Under the pieces are notes generated by a model. That model ran no database searches and had not been told where the DNA came from. It worked only from the letters and a program-made list of their open reading frames with translations. This document shows positions 23,346-35,258 of a stretch of DNA of 64,000 bases, piece by piece; position 1 is the stretch's first letter, and every line of letters begins with the position of its first letter. The DNA is taken from assembly GCF_041146345.1 (NCBI RefSeq), contig NW_027191413.1, positions 1,860,001-1,924,000 of the forward strand, in the 5' to 3' direction. This DNA comes from Neodothiora populina. Its lineage: Eukaryota. The position numbers were made by a program, and so were the translations under genes.

Positions 23346-24242
23346 ATGTCGTCCTCTCCTTCAATCGTTACCGTCCCTCGCTTGGTCATGGTGTTGTCAC
23401 TGCTATGGCCTCGAGTAGTCTCTAAAACCGATCTGACTGGCTGCACCACCACCGACGTGTCCTCGCCTGCCGGGGCGAGCGTCGCGTGGTATGTCCCTGG
23501 GACCGGCGAGCGATGCGATTTTCTTGATTGCGGCGGCGGCGCAGGTCCCCCTCGTTACGATGTACCTGGCTGTCCTATGTACACCGGTACTGCGACATAC
23601 TCGCCCAGTTATCTCGACGGCTATAATGCTCCCGCTGCCACTGCCACTCCCACTGCCACCGATACTGACACCTCGAGCATCATCATCATCATGACCCGCA
23701 GCGGCACATCAGGCATATCTTCCGTGAGCCCGGTCTATTCAGCTCATACGGAATCTGCTCAGGGAATGCTATCAGCACCGGATGCTCCAGTCATCACTTC
23801 GACAACTGGTGGATTCGATACAACGGTCACAGGATCTTCTGCCACTATCACTGTACCATCTGCCAGCCAACCTCTGATATGCGCTTTACAATCGTCGTCT
23901 GATCCGAGTTGTGGTGTCGATGTTAGTACAACAACCTATCCCGGTTCCACTGTCACATCGGCAGTGACTTCTGATTCTGGCACTACGAGCAGCAATACAG
24001 CCCAGAGCTCGAGTGGTCTAGTTGTGGGTAACAGCAGCAGCAGGAGTCTGAGCTCGCAGCAGTCATCATCCAAGGCAGGATCAAATGCCACTCCCAGTAG
24101 CACAGGGTCAGCAGTGGTCTCTTCAGCTTCTCCTACTAATGTCAATACTGGGGCTGCGGCTGCGTTCGCTACAAGATCGTCAAAGCTCGCCGCGGGTGTG
24201 GGAATGGTAGCTGCTGCGTTAGGAGCTCTAATCGCTATGTAA
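23346..24242 (+). CDS. Secreted, probably GPI-anchored cell-wall protein: Cys-rich N-domain plus Ser/Thr-rich stalk
   Basis: Signal-like N-terminus, then KTDLTGC...WYVPGTGERCDFLDCGGG...VPGCPMY, an S/T-rich region, and a hydrophobic C-terminus after NTGAA. Confidence 0.8.
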   Translation: MSSSPSIVTVPRLVMVLSLLWPRVVSKTDLTGCTTTDVSSPAGASVAWYVPGTGERCDFLDCGGGAGPPRYDVPGCPMYTGTATYSPSYLDGYNAPAATATPTATDTDTSSIIIIMTRSGTSGISSVSPVYSAHTESAQGMLSAPDAPVITSTTGGFDTTVTGSSATITVPSASQPLICALQSSSDPSCGVDVSTTTYPGSTVTSAVTSDSGTTSSNTAQSSSGLVVGNSSSRSLSSQQSSSKAGSNATPSSTGSAVVSSASPTNVNTGAAAAFATRSSKLAAGVGMVAAALGALIAM

Positions 24243-25602
24243 TCGTAATTCGCTGTCTTAGCCTAGGGAAACATAGTGCGACGTCAAGAATCTGTTCAAT
24301 TCCGTATACCTCTCCCATTGTGTCAAACTCCAACCTTAACGAAGAACTTATATAGCTGAAGCACTCGGGGCCTGTGCAAGAGGACACACCGCATCGACAC
24401 AGTACTTGAAATCACTTCACTACACTTTCGACTTCAGCATCTTTCATTACCCTTTCAACCCAATGTCTCGTTCCACGATATACTGTATCCCTAAAGTCAT
24501 CGCCATACCCCCTCCTCAAAGTGAAAGGGTATGTTGGGCAGACATGTTTATGAATACTTCCCGTACATATCAGTTCTCCTCATACTCCGATTACTGTGAC
24601 AGAAAATGGTATGCACTAGATATCTGACTGGGGTAACGGCTAGGCAAGGTACAGTAGGAGAGGCAGTCAATTGTATCGAGTTCAGCATAACCGACCGGAA
24701 GTCGCATGTACTATATAACGCGCGCCAGAAAGTTGTAATTCAGCAGACCTGTCTTGACTGGAGGTAACCAATGCCACATACTAATATCTAATGACACTTC
24801 ACTCAGGGTTCGTAGAATTCGAATTGGTTTACAAGATCATTCTATCGAAGTCCAGCAAACAGGACTTCCAGCGAGACATGGCTGGTAATATGGCATAGCT
24901 TTGACAAGCTATCAATTAAGCTTCGTAAATTGAATCTGTAAGGCTTCGCCTGTGATCTCTGCAGGGGTCGGTCCCGACTATGCCCCTGACGAGATTTGTG
25001 AGATAAATGATCCAGTGTACTGGGAATAACAGTGGTCCATATAAATTGGAGATGGTCGCGGTCGGAGATATTGCATGCTCGATCCCTGAAGGCAAGCAGC
25101 ACAAGCGTTGCATCCTTGCGACGACAAATACTTATGACTCGGACGAACCGCGATAGCTTACTATGTCTGACGGACAACACATTGCTCTCAATAGATATCT
25201 GTTACCTACAGTATAGACAAAGTCTGCCTTCGAGAATGCTTGAGAGGTGACTTCGAAACCGTTTACGCGAACTAGCTCTTCTACCGAAGCGACAGCCGCC
25301 AAGATGTTCCTGAAACACACCCAATCTCGCCTCCCTTATTTTGCATCATGAGATAAACGATCTCGAAAGTTCAAATCGCACCACTCACGGAGCTTCCTGA
25401 GCACAATTGACTCCACTACTAGTCCTGATATCGTTTACAATGCCTCCAAGCGCATCTCCAATCACTCTATGCATGAGCCATGGGCAAAAGCATACCTAGA
25501 TGTATAGTGACTATGTGGGGGTCGTTTAATTCCTAACATCAAATCTACTATACAACGGAAACTACGGCAATTACTAGGGAAAAGGCGTGAACGGAAGTGT
25601 CC

Positions 25603-25608
25603 TATAAA
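25603..25608 (+). promoter_or_regulatory. Putative TATA box of the GH45 gene
   Basis: TATAAA 195 bp upstream of the ATG, followed by a CT-rich tract. Confidence 0.45.
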
Positions 25609-25797
25609 GGACTCATGGCTCTGTACATATTGTCTCTTCGCGCCTCTCCTTCACGAAGTATCCGCTCCGGACATTCTTTCGCTTGCTTTGCATACATATT
25701 CACTCATTCACGACTTCAGAGGTCTGGTACCTAACGTGCAAATTATCTTCTGTATACAATCATTCCTACCACGCAAGATCGACTACTTATCGGAGAA

Positions 25798-27048
25798 ATG
25801 TCGTCTATCAAGTCACTCGCCTTGTTGGCCTTGACCACAGGCTTCGCATCCATCAGCAATGCACAAGCGTCTGGCTCTGGTAAAACTACACGCTACTGGG
25901 ACTGCTGCAAGGGATCTTGTGCATGGACTGGCAAAGCAGATGTCAGCAACCCAATTACCACCTGCGACATCAACGACAATCCCTTGAGCTCGTACGACAC
26001 CGCTAGCGGTTGTAATGGTGGCGACGCCTACATGTGCTCTGACCAGACCCCATGGGCACACAACGATACCCTTGCCTTTGGATTCGCAGCTGTTAACATT
26101 GCTGGAGGCTCTGAGAGCTCATGGTGCTGCGCCTGCTACAAGTAAGGCTCACCTTCTAGGCGTGAATAAGAGAACACCGAGCTGACCTTGAGAACTAGGT
26201 TGACCTTCACGTCCACTTCGATCGCAGGAAAGACTCTCATCGTGCAAGCCACCAACACTGGTGGTGATCTTGGCTCCAACCAATTCGATCTTGCTATGCC
26301 CGGCGGTGGTGTTGGCATCTTCAACGGCTGCAGTAACGAATGGGGCGCTCCCAGCTCTGGCTGGGGTGCACAGTACGGAGGTATTTCCTCGAACACTTGC
26401 TCTGACTTCCCAGCCAAGCTCAAGCCCGGATGCAACTTCCGCTGGGACTGGTTCGAGGGCGCAGACAACCCTACCGTGGATTTCGAACAGATCACTTGCC
26501 CTGCTGAGCTCACTGCAAAGTCTGGTTGCACAAGGAATGGCGAGACTCCCGTTGCCTATGCCTCTGGCTCTGACTCAGCCTCTGCTGCGTCTTCATCCCC
26601 TGCCGTCGCGCAGAAGAAGGTGGAATCCGCAGTATCCTCTGCAGCATATACTCCTGCTTCCTCTGAGTCTTCAGTCGCAGCATCATCACCATCCTCATCA
26701 CCAGTTGCGTCGTCATCGTCAGTTGCATCTAGCTCCGCGGTGGTCGCACCTGCTTCCAGCTCTGCTGCCGCTGCCAGCTCCTCAGTCGTTGCTCCTGTCT
26801 CTAGCTCTGCCGCTGCTTCGAGCTCTTCGATCGTTGCTCCTGTCTCTAGCTCTGCCGCTGCTTCGAGCTCTTCGATCGTTGCTCCTGTCTCTAGCTCTGC
26901 CGCTGCTTCCAGCTCCTCACTTGTGGCTCCTGCCTCCGGCGCTGCTGCTGCTGCAGCCGCCACCGGCGCTACTTCCGGATCCGCTTCTGGTCCTTCGGAT
27001 TCGAACGCTGACTGCCAGGTGCAATACGTTTATGAGTACGATCTTTAA
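25798..27048 (+). CDS. GH45 endo-beta-1,4-glucanase with a Ser/Ala-rich repeat tail; 2 exons
   Basis: Signal peptide, [43 protein letters not shown] and GCNFRWDWF. Intron 26142..26198. Confidence 0.95.
26743..26937 (+). repeat. Coding 45-bp tandem repeat, about 4.3 copies ([15 protein letters not shown])
   Basis: Units start at 26743, 26788, 26833, 26878 and 26923. Units 2 and 3 are identical. Confidence 0.92.
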
Positions 27049-27474
27049 GGAACAGAACAAGCATCGTCTGTTTTGCAACGAGAAAATTTCGTGGCGGTGG
27101 AGACGTCACTTCTGTTCAAACCTATCATTTTACATTCAAGTACATATGCCCATTGTTTTTATATAGAATTCATGCCAGATAAATTCAATGTGTTTTAGCT
27201 GTCGCATCTTTAGAACGCCATGTCTGTCCTATTGCTGTAGATTATGAAGTGCTTAGCTCGGTGGTTTGCATATAGAGTTGCCAAGCAATACGCACATGTC
27301 GTCTTGCACAGACTTTGTAGGGTCTAAAGTCCATAACAAGCACACTGCTAACGACTCCTGCGCATCTTCTGAATGATGCTGTTACGCACTCAGTGAATCA
27401 ATATCAAGTGCGACTTCTTACCGGTACATGAGGATTCGATCAGAGTAATACTAGGTGTTGTTTGACAATCGGGC

Positions 27475-28631
27475 ATGGGCTTCCCGTATCGCTTAAAACG
27501 CTTCATCCGAACCGCCACAATCTGGCATTGGATCACGATAATTGCATGCACCCTTGTGGTCTATCGATTCTTCACTCCAAAAGCTCAAAAAGCCATTGCC
27601 GTCCCTGAGAATGAGACCGAGCTGAACAACGAACCAGACGATGGCATCGACTGGTCTCGCTTTGCGTACTGCCAATATGTCACTGATATTGAATATCTAT
27701 GCAACAGCCTCATGATGTTCGAGTCTTTGCATCGGTTGCAGAGTAAAGCAGACCGATTGTTGCTGTATCCGTCCCAATGGGAGCTTTACCCTATGAAAGA
27801 GACTTGGCAGAGCAAGTTCTTGCACCAGGCACAAAAGGACTATGGCGTGCATATCATGCCAGTGCGTGTGCAACACTTTGACGATGGAGAGGGTACTTGG
27901 GCGGAGAGTTTCACGAAGCTCCTCGCATTCAAGCAGACGCAATACGATCGAGTCTTGTCTCTGGATTCGGATGCTACGATCTTGAAGGTAAGCTGAAGCA
28001 TCTATCTTATAAGTACATCTTGGCTGACTTCGGACTTTGAAGCCTCTGGATGACCTGTTCCTGCTTCCTCATGCACCTGTGGCGGCACCGCATGCATATT
28101 GGATAGACAACAGTAGTCTGTCATCTGCAATCATGCTCATTGAACCCTCCATGGATGAGTTCAAAAGAGTCCTCGGCGCCATGAAGAACAGGACCTCAGA
28201 CGAGTTCGACATGGACATCGTCAACGATCTGTACGCCGGCAACGCCATGCTTTTGCCAAACGAGCACTGGGTCGTATCCGGCGAGTTCAGACGGAAGCAG
28301 CATGCCTCTTATATCGGTGAAGGCAACCTCTGGGATCCGGACGCGGTCATGAATCAAGTCAAATTCGTCCACTTTTCTGACTGGCCGTTTCCCAAGCCTT
28401 GGTTACCTTCCGAACCGGCAGAGCGGAAGGCTATGTGGCCAAAATGCATACCTAAGACCGATGGAAGCGAAGATTGCAGAAATCGAAACTACTGGATGTG
28501 GCTGTACGAAGACTTCAAGAAGCGTCGCAAGGTACGTGGTCCTTACGTCTGTCAATCCTTGAATTTCAGAACTAACATGAGGGTTTCAATAGGCAGTATG
28601 CTCTAGCGTGTTTACATTGTATTTGGACTAA
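27475..28631 (+). CDS. GT8-family glycosyltransferase (Gnt1-like N-acetylglucosaminyltransferase), type II membrane protein; 3 exons
   Basis: N-terminal TM, then FAYCQYVT...YLCNSLM, SFTKLLAFKQTQYDRVLSLDSD (DXD) and VHFSDWPFPKPW. Introns 27988..28042 and 28532..28592. Confidence 0.88.
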
Positions 28632-28747
28632 GCTACTCCTCGATCATAGTTGAGCAGATCTTGTATCTCATACAATGCATAAGATCTTTCCTCATAGCGA
28701 ATTTCTTCGTTTGCCACTCCACATTACAAGATCGTCCCTCGTAAGGC

Positions 28748-31373
28748 TTATGGTAAGCTCATGAATAGTCTGAGCAAGCTGGGATAATGTGGCGAACCAA
28801 GTCCGGTCACTGGATCCCATCTGTATTGTGTCAGCTGATTCGTCTGCCTGTCACCGTGTTTCACTTACCCCTCAACAGCACTGAAGCCTGAAGAACCGCA
28901 ACCTGGGTTCGAGCCGTTCTTGATGTCTATGAGGACATTGGGATCTGTGAGAGCGTGAGTTCGTGACGTTGACATGCGGAACAACCTAACTCACTGGCAT
29001 AGAGAGTTGGATTGATGAAGCCGACTGGGCCCTTGCCCACTGCTGTACGCTCCTCATTGATCTGGTTGTATTGTCAGCCTGGATCAATTTTCAAGACTCG
29101 CAAACCTTACCAGTGTAATGATAGAGGCCCAAAGTGGAGAAGCTAGACTGGTACCATAGTAGTGGTAGTCAATACCATCAGTATATGCCCTGAACAATGC
29201 ACCATTTGCTGATACGTCAGGTATGCCCTTTGTCTCATGTCAGCGACACCTATACGGCTTCGATCTCAAGTCAACTTACCCTGCCAGCACGGTTGTAGAT
29301 TCCCCCATGCGAACCGATAGATGAATTTGTACCGTCATAAACGTAATACGGGTGAAGAGGATCATGTCTAGCAAAGTATTCGCCCACAGCTTTCTTCTGA
29401 TAGTCCGGTGTTTTGAAATAGTTGGCGAATCCACTAGAAACAACATGAGTTGCGAGGTTTTCTATGCTGTCGTCTAGGACATGCTCACCCTGCGCTAGAG
29501 AACAACGAAGCATCGCCTCCTAGATCGGCTTGTAAAGCACTCTCGGGATCGAGTACGGTCTGGTCGGCATAGAGCCTAGTAGCTCCGACTGCCGTGATGT
29601 ATGGACAGCTGAACAGCGATATATGTCAGCGTACACCTCCAGACCAGCCAGATAAACAAATGACAAACTTACTTTGCAGGGTAGTCCGGGTTATAGATGG
29701 TTTCATCTGCACCGAGGCAACCACTTGGGCTCACATCGCCTGGGTAAGAGGCCACTCCGTAATCAGAAGACGAGAACATAATGGTGTGCCCTTGGAGAGC
29801 AAGCTTCATAAACCTGTGCACAGTCATTAGGCAACTTCCACATCCAACGTCGAGGAGTGTTCACTGACTCATTGCACTGTCTTTTCTGGTAATTCGGTGG
29901 CAGGTCGTACTCTGCTTCGCCGTAAGAGCCTGTGATGACACGAGTAGGCTTGTAGACGCCGCATTGTAAAGCTCCTGTCTGCTTGTTAGCTTACTATATT
30001 CTGGCTCGGGGAAATGTTGAGCTTACCTTTGTATCCTCCGGCAGCCGGATCAGGATAGGATGGATCAATACCCGGGCTATCGCCAGTTATTCCATATGCG
30101 GTATAATTACAGTACGACTGCTACTCTTAGCCAGGGATACAAGTCTCAAAATAGAGTATGAACTTACCCCGTCCAGGGCATCGAGGAAGGTATTTAAGAA
30201 ACCCTCGTAGTCTCCGCTCAGCTCCGCTTCTGCATAGTTGAAGTCATCCGTCTGATATAGTGTAACCGTTTGCGGATAAATAAGACTGTAGGCCATGTCT
30301 AAGTCAATGTCAGATTCGCCAGTGTTGAGGGAACTATTCTGAGCTACAGGAGCTTGAGCACCATCAATGAAAGCAGGGATTGGTGCCGTGCCTTGAGGGA
30401 CATTGGGGGCATATTGCGCGAAGAAGAGATCAAGGTCCTCCTGAGCATAATAATCACCATCCTCGAAAATACCCAGTGAATTAACCGAGTCATGAAGGGT
30501 AGCATCTGGTATCATGTATAGTGCTTTGATGCACGCAGGAGTGATGTTCCGACCACAGTCCTGGAGTTGCGGAGGCAATTGATGAGCACCACCTGGCATG
30601 ACCCAAGGGTGCGGACTGTGAGGAGGAATCATATGGGGAGGACCAGGTCTGTGTTTCCAGGCTGGAGAAATCGAACGTTTGACAGTTCGCTTCTTGACAG
30701 GAGCGGATAATTTGACGCCAGGAGTGACATAATCAACATGCTTCTTTACATCACTTGGAATGTAGTAACTACCTCAAGGTTAACAAAGTATCTCGTGAGA
30801 CATACTCTTCATTGACATACTGTTCGCAGCCAATCCTAGTACTACCTGTACGCACATGCTCGTGCTCATGGTATTCGGTCTGGAAGAGTCGTTCCGCATC
30901 TTTAGCAGGAATGTCCATGGCCAACCAACCTTTGTTGTCAGATTGAACGATATCATTCTCATCGATGCCGGACGCGATCAGCCAATCTTTGACTACTTGG
31001 ACGGATTCTTCTTCGGGTGCGAATGCCTCATGAACCTGTTCAGCGGTCCAATGCTTACCAAAATTTGGAGACGAAGGGTGAGACCTTGGCCAACATTAGT
31101 AGACGTCCTTCTAAATGCATAGAGTAGTAACTATCGATGGAGGACTTACACATCCATCAAGTGATCATAACCATGCTCAAGATTGGTTTGTACTAGTCCA
31201 ATACGGATTGGCAATATTGCATCTCGGTGCACTCGGACGCTTCTTGTCCATGCTGATGGACCGTCACTTCGCTTCTCGTGCAATACATGAGAAGCACGAC
31301 CACGGTAGGTGGATGCAGCCTCGCATACGACCGAGGCCGCCACTAAATTACGCACTACTTGGGCAATCTTCAT
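28748..31373 (-). CDS. Secreted S53 sedolisin (aorsin/tripeptidyl-peptidase-like) with pro-domain; 12 exons
   Basis: Motifs GESDIDLD (catalytic Glu/Asp), SSSDYG, CPYITAVGAT, GRGIPDVSA, GTSLASP (catalytic Ser) and GWDPVTGLGSP. Eleven GT-AG introns traced in frame. Confidence 0.93.
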
Positions 31374-32504
31374 GCTGCCGCTCTTTGTGTTGTCTGGATA
31401 TAGCTACAAGAGTCCCCATTGCGACCATCGTATAATACTTATATAGATATAGCCAACTGCTCCTGATATCCTTGATATTGAGATACTGGTATGAAGCAAC
31501 GGCATACAATCGAGTAGACATGGTATCTGACCTGCCTAAGGCAGGAAAGCCTCGAGCGGTCTAGTAATTTAACGATAAGATATTGTATAAGGTCTTTTGG
31601 AGCAACTGCCCGTGGTTATCAAAGATGCATGCATGAGCGTGGGGTAGATAAACCTTGCATAAAGTATGTTCTGTACCTGGCTAATCACACTGGTTACAGT
31701 ATATCACCAGGTCGATCACGCTTATGTGCATGAAGAGGCCGCACTGGAAGACGAGGGATATTCTTCAGTCATTTCTCCAGAAGCTTCAGCTGTCTTTTCC
31801 CCCTTTGCATACTTCTCACCATTCGTGAGATGGCATAACAATCCACTATCGATGATGATGGAATGGCAGCGCAGCTGCGATTCAGGCTCGGACGCAAAGC
31901 AAGCAGCGGAGAATTCTCCTCGCATTGCAATCAGGAGGACGAGATGCAATGGTACGATACTGCCCTGTAGTACTCCGTATATTATTGCGCACTCTAGAGG
32001 ATATGTTGAGAGCGCCAATGAGAGCGCCAAAGAAACTGGAGTCGATTGACCGCCTTAATCAATCATGTTGGACAACACACTACGTGAGACATATTGTAGC
32101 ACCGTCCGACAGCAGAGTATGTCGTAGGGCTACCACGGCCCACGATCTGAACATTGGTGGCCGGAGAAATCGACATAGCCACACATATCGAGTCTTTTAC
32201 AAGAGCGCAAAGGTAATTGCAATATGCACTTACTTTACTAGATCAAGCAAGGCGTGCCAACCAATCTCCACACGGCTCTGAAGGTTGTCCCGGCGTTGGA
32301 TTGCGACCTACTTCTCCATCATTTACATCATCATCACTGACTTACGCCGAGCCGCGTTCCTCCAGCCGCGTGCCTTGTTTGAAGGTAGCGAATGGGCCAA
32401 GTTTTCCACGCGTTCAACATTCTTCGTTAACAAAATGCCGTTGACTTCCTGTGTAGGTTTGCTTGGGACAGTTCCTGCAGGTCCACTCGTTCTTTGACCT
32501 CAAC

Positions 32505-34304
32505 ATGTATACTTATAGTAATATCCGTTGCGCAACGGTTTTCGTCGCAACTACTCTATTCTCATCTACTCTCGCTCAAGATGCTGTTTCTGTCACACCT
32601 GCAGCCAAGGCGGCGCAAGCCTCTGGTTTGTCGCAGCAGCTCAGTCGTTCATATGCAGGCATGGGCATAGAGCCATCGAATTTGTTTTCATTCACTGGCG
32701 GAGATGAACCCAATCAACTATCTATCAACTTGCTCCAGAACCTGGCCAACTACTCAGGCGCTCCACCGCATCTGCGCATTGGTGGAAACACTGGTGACTA
32801 TATGATTTATAATGCATCATACAAAGGCTTCGATTTGCACCAGAATCAATATTCTACTAGTCAAGGCGGCATGTCTTCAAACCAGTATATTTTCGGGCCC
32901 GACTATCTCAAAGCTCTGGATAGATTTCCCACGGATACTCCTATAACGTATGGTCTGAATCTGGCATATGAAGGGGCTGATTACGCCGATATAATCGCCG
33001 CCGAGGCTGCAGGTGTACTCGACGAGCTGAACAACACTAAAGTTGTGTCTTTTGAGATTGGCAACGAGCCCGATCTCTATCTCGAGAACTGGGACTCCCT
33101 CAGGACTGGGCAATGGGATGGTACGACGTATACCCAGCAATTCTTGGATAGAGCTGGGATTGTCTATCGCCGTGTCCTCCAGCCGCGGGGCATGCCTTCG
33201 ACCTTCTTCGAAACCGCTTCCACAGCCTCGACAATATCAACGACCTTCACTGTCCAAGATCTCATCGATGCAGGCATGACTGCGGCAGTGAACGGCAGCA
33301 AGTTCATTTCGTCCTGGAACCAACATGACTATTTCTATTTCATCTCAGTCAGCACCTACCCCCTGACATTGGAAGCGATGATGAACTTGGATCAAACCGT
33401 CAGCCAATTCAAGTACTGGGCGTCGGAGGTTGCAACGTCCTTGAAAACGGGTTTACCATACAATCTGCGTGAGATGCAGAGTGTTGGACCAACTGGCCAG
33501 GATGGTGTCAGCAATACTTTTGGCGCCGCTCTCTGGCAGCTCAACTTCTTCTTTTACGCTGCAAGTCTCAACATTTCGAGCGTGCAGATGCACATGACAG
33601 ACAACTCCTTCTCGGCCCCATGGCAGCCTGGAAACATGAACAACGTAGGTCCCAACATTAGACCGACCTACTATGCATATGCAGCTTTCGCTCAATTGCT
33701 CGGCGCTGGAAATGGAACCACTCAAATCGCTCCTCTTTCTCTCTCGTCAGCTATGCCGAATGTCAGAGCTTACGCTGCATATGAGCAAGGGTCTCTTACT
33801 TCCGTTGTTCTTATCAACGCAAACCAGGCAAATGCGTCTTCAACGTCCAAGGCAAATCTTACCTTTGCCGTAGACTTCTCTGCGTTCGCAGGTCAAAAGG
33901 TGTTCCTTTCTTACCTCACCGCAGATGGAGCTGACGTCAAGTCCAATGCAACCTGGAACGGCATCAGTTTCGAGCAGGACAGCGTCGGAACCCCTAGCAC
34001 CTCGGAACAGAGCGCACAGGGTATTGATATCGACAGCAACGGCATCGCAACAATCCCTGTACGAGACAGCCAGGCTGTAATTGCAAGAATTGGCTCGGCA
34101 TTGGGGTCTTCTGATGAGACAACTACGCCGACATCTTCGTCAGGTAGCAGTACCACGCCCGCAGGGTCTAGCGGTACCAGCTCCGCCTCCGCCTCTGCGG
34201 CTGCTGCTTCAGCTACCAAGGCTTCGGGATCTATCGCAAGCTCCTCTGCTTCGCTGTTGATGATCTCCCTAGCCCTTATGTTCTGCTTCTTTATGGGCCA
34301 TTAG
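32505..34304 (+). CDS. GH79 beta-glucuronidase-like glycoside hydrolase, secreted, probably GPI-anchored
   Basis: Signal peptide, LRIGGNTGD, FEIGNEPDLY, a second Glu in LREMQS, GVSNTFGAALW, an S/T-rich linker and a hydrophobic C-terminus. Confidence 0.88.
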   Translation: MYTYSNIRCATVFVATTLFSSTLAQDAVSVTPAAKAAQASGLSQQLSRSYAGMGIEPSNLFSFTGGDEPNQLSINLLQNLANYSGAPPHLRIGGNTGDYMIYNASYKGFDLHQNQYSTSQGGMSSNQYIFGPDYLKALDRFPTDTPITYGLNLAYEGADYADIIAAEAAGVLDELNNTKVVSFEIGNEPDLYLENWDSLRTGQWDGTTYTQQFLDRAGIVYRRVLQPRGMPSTFFETASTASTISTTFTVQDLIDAGMTAAVNGSKFISSWNQHDYFYFISVSTYPLTLEAMMNLDQTVSQFKYWASEVATSLKTGLPYNLREMQSVGPTGQDGVSNTFGAALWQLNFFFYAASLNISSVQMHMTDNSFSAPWQPGNMNNVGPNIRPTYYAYAAFAQLLGAGNGTTQIAPLSLSSAMPNVRAYAAYEQGSLTSVVLINANQANASSTSKANLTFAVDFSAFAGQKVFLSYLTADGADVKSNATWNGISFEQDSVGTPSTSEQSAQGIDIDSNGIATIPVRDSQAVIARIGSALGSSDETTTPTSSSGSSTTPAGSSGTSSASASAAAASATKASGSIASSSASLLMISLALMFCFFMGH

Positions 34305-35146
34305 GCCCTTGTACGTGGACGTGATCACCTCACGTCTAGTCGCTTTGCCCCTCCGTTACCTATGCTTCGGCGATAATCCTAGACATTTAATAAATGACTG
34401 ATCAGACAATAATGAAAGGTCCTATAGACTGTATATAGACCCCACGAACCCAAATTTCTCGAACCTTGATATCACTCGGAAGATACTTATCATTAGTGGG
34501 ATAACAGAAGAAAGGTTGCTGAAAGCCTGACTTCCAAACCTAGCTAGCTTTTCATGTGATTCAGCAGTGTTAGACGCACGACCAGACCGCTTCTTGTCAC
34601 ACTTGCAAGCGATGAAAATGACAATCTTCGTTCCTTGGAGAAAGGACGAGAGAATAATTCTACAGGGGGCAAAGTGTACGGAGTAAAGCACAACACTACA
34701 ATAGGCACTCGAAAATAGAACGACTCGAGGGCGACCCGGTCCTGCTCGGTATCGAGCAAAGCCGGGCGCAAGGCTATTCTTGCCTAATGTGCACCTCAGT
34801 CATCTCCCTATCTGTCGTTCTCCGCCAACCTTATCGTCCGGCCTACTGTACCTGGTTCATTCGGCCTAGTTTAGTTGATCAAGGTGTCCGTCGGCGGACA
34901 TTATTATAATCGATAGCGAGACGAGATACAGATACAATCTTCCCCTCCTCTCTTCTTATATGGACCCGTGTTGTAGATAATCCCAGTCTTTGATAGATTC
35001 GTCACCCAACTCTAGTTCGCGTACATGGAGACAGTCGAGTGAGCTCTTCGATATCCCCATTTCGTTGATAAAGGGCAAGATCAGTCCCGCCGCCATTTCC
35101 TCCCAACTGCCATTTGCGCCATTTGCGATACATACAGTCGACCAAG

Positions 35147-35227
35147 ATGTTACAGATCCAATGCTCAGGCACGCCGTTCGAAGTGAGTTTCCGCAGAGAT
35201 CAGCCTTCATCCCATCGAACGGCCCAC

Positions 35228-35258
<31 letters not shown>

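Noticed and set aside
26743..26937. Repeat array considered as CRISPR-like
   Set aside because: Head-to-tail coding repeats without unique spacers, in a eukaryotic gene.
26261..27166. 301-aa alternative-frame and 135-aa antisense ORFs over GH45
   Set aside because: By-products of the stop-poor Ser/Ala repeat.
31666..32049. 127-aa ORF between the S53 and GH79 genes
   Set aside because: No motifs or clear coding character; it lies in a divergent promoter region, so I cannot support it.
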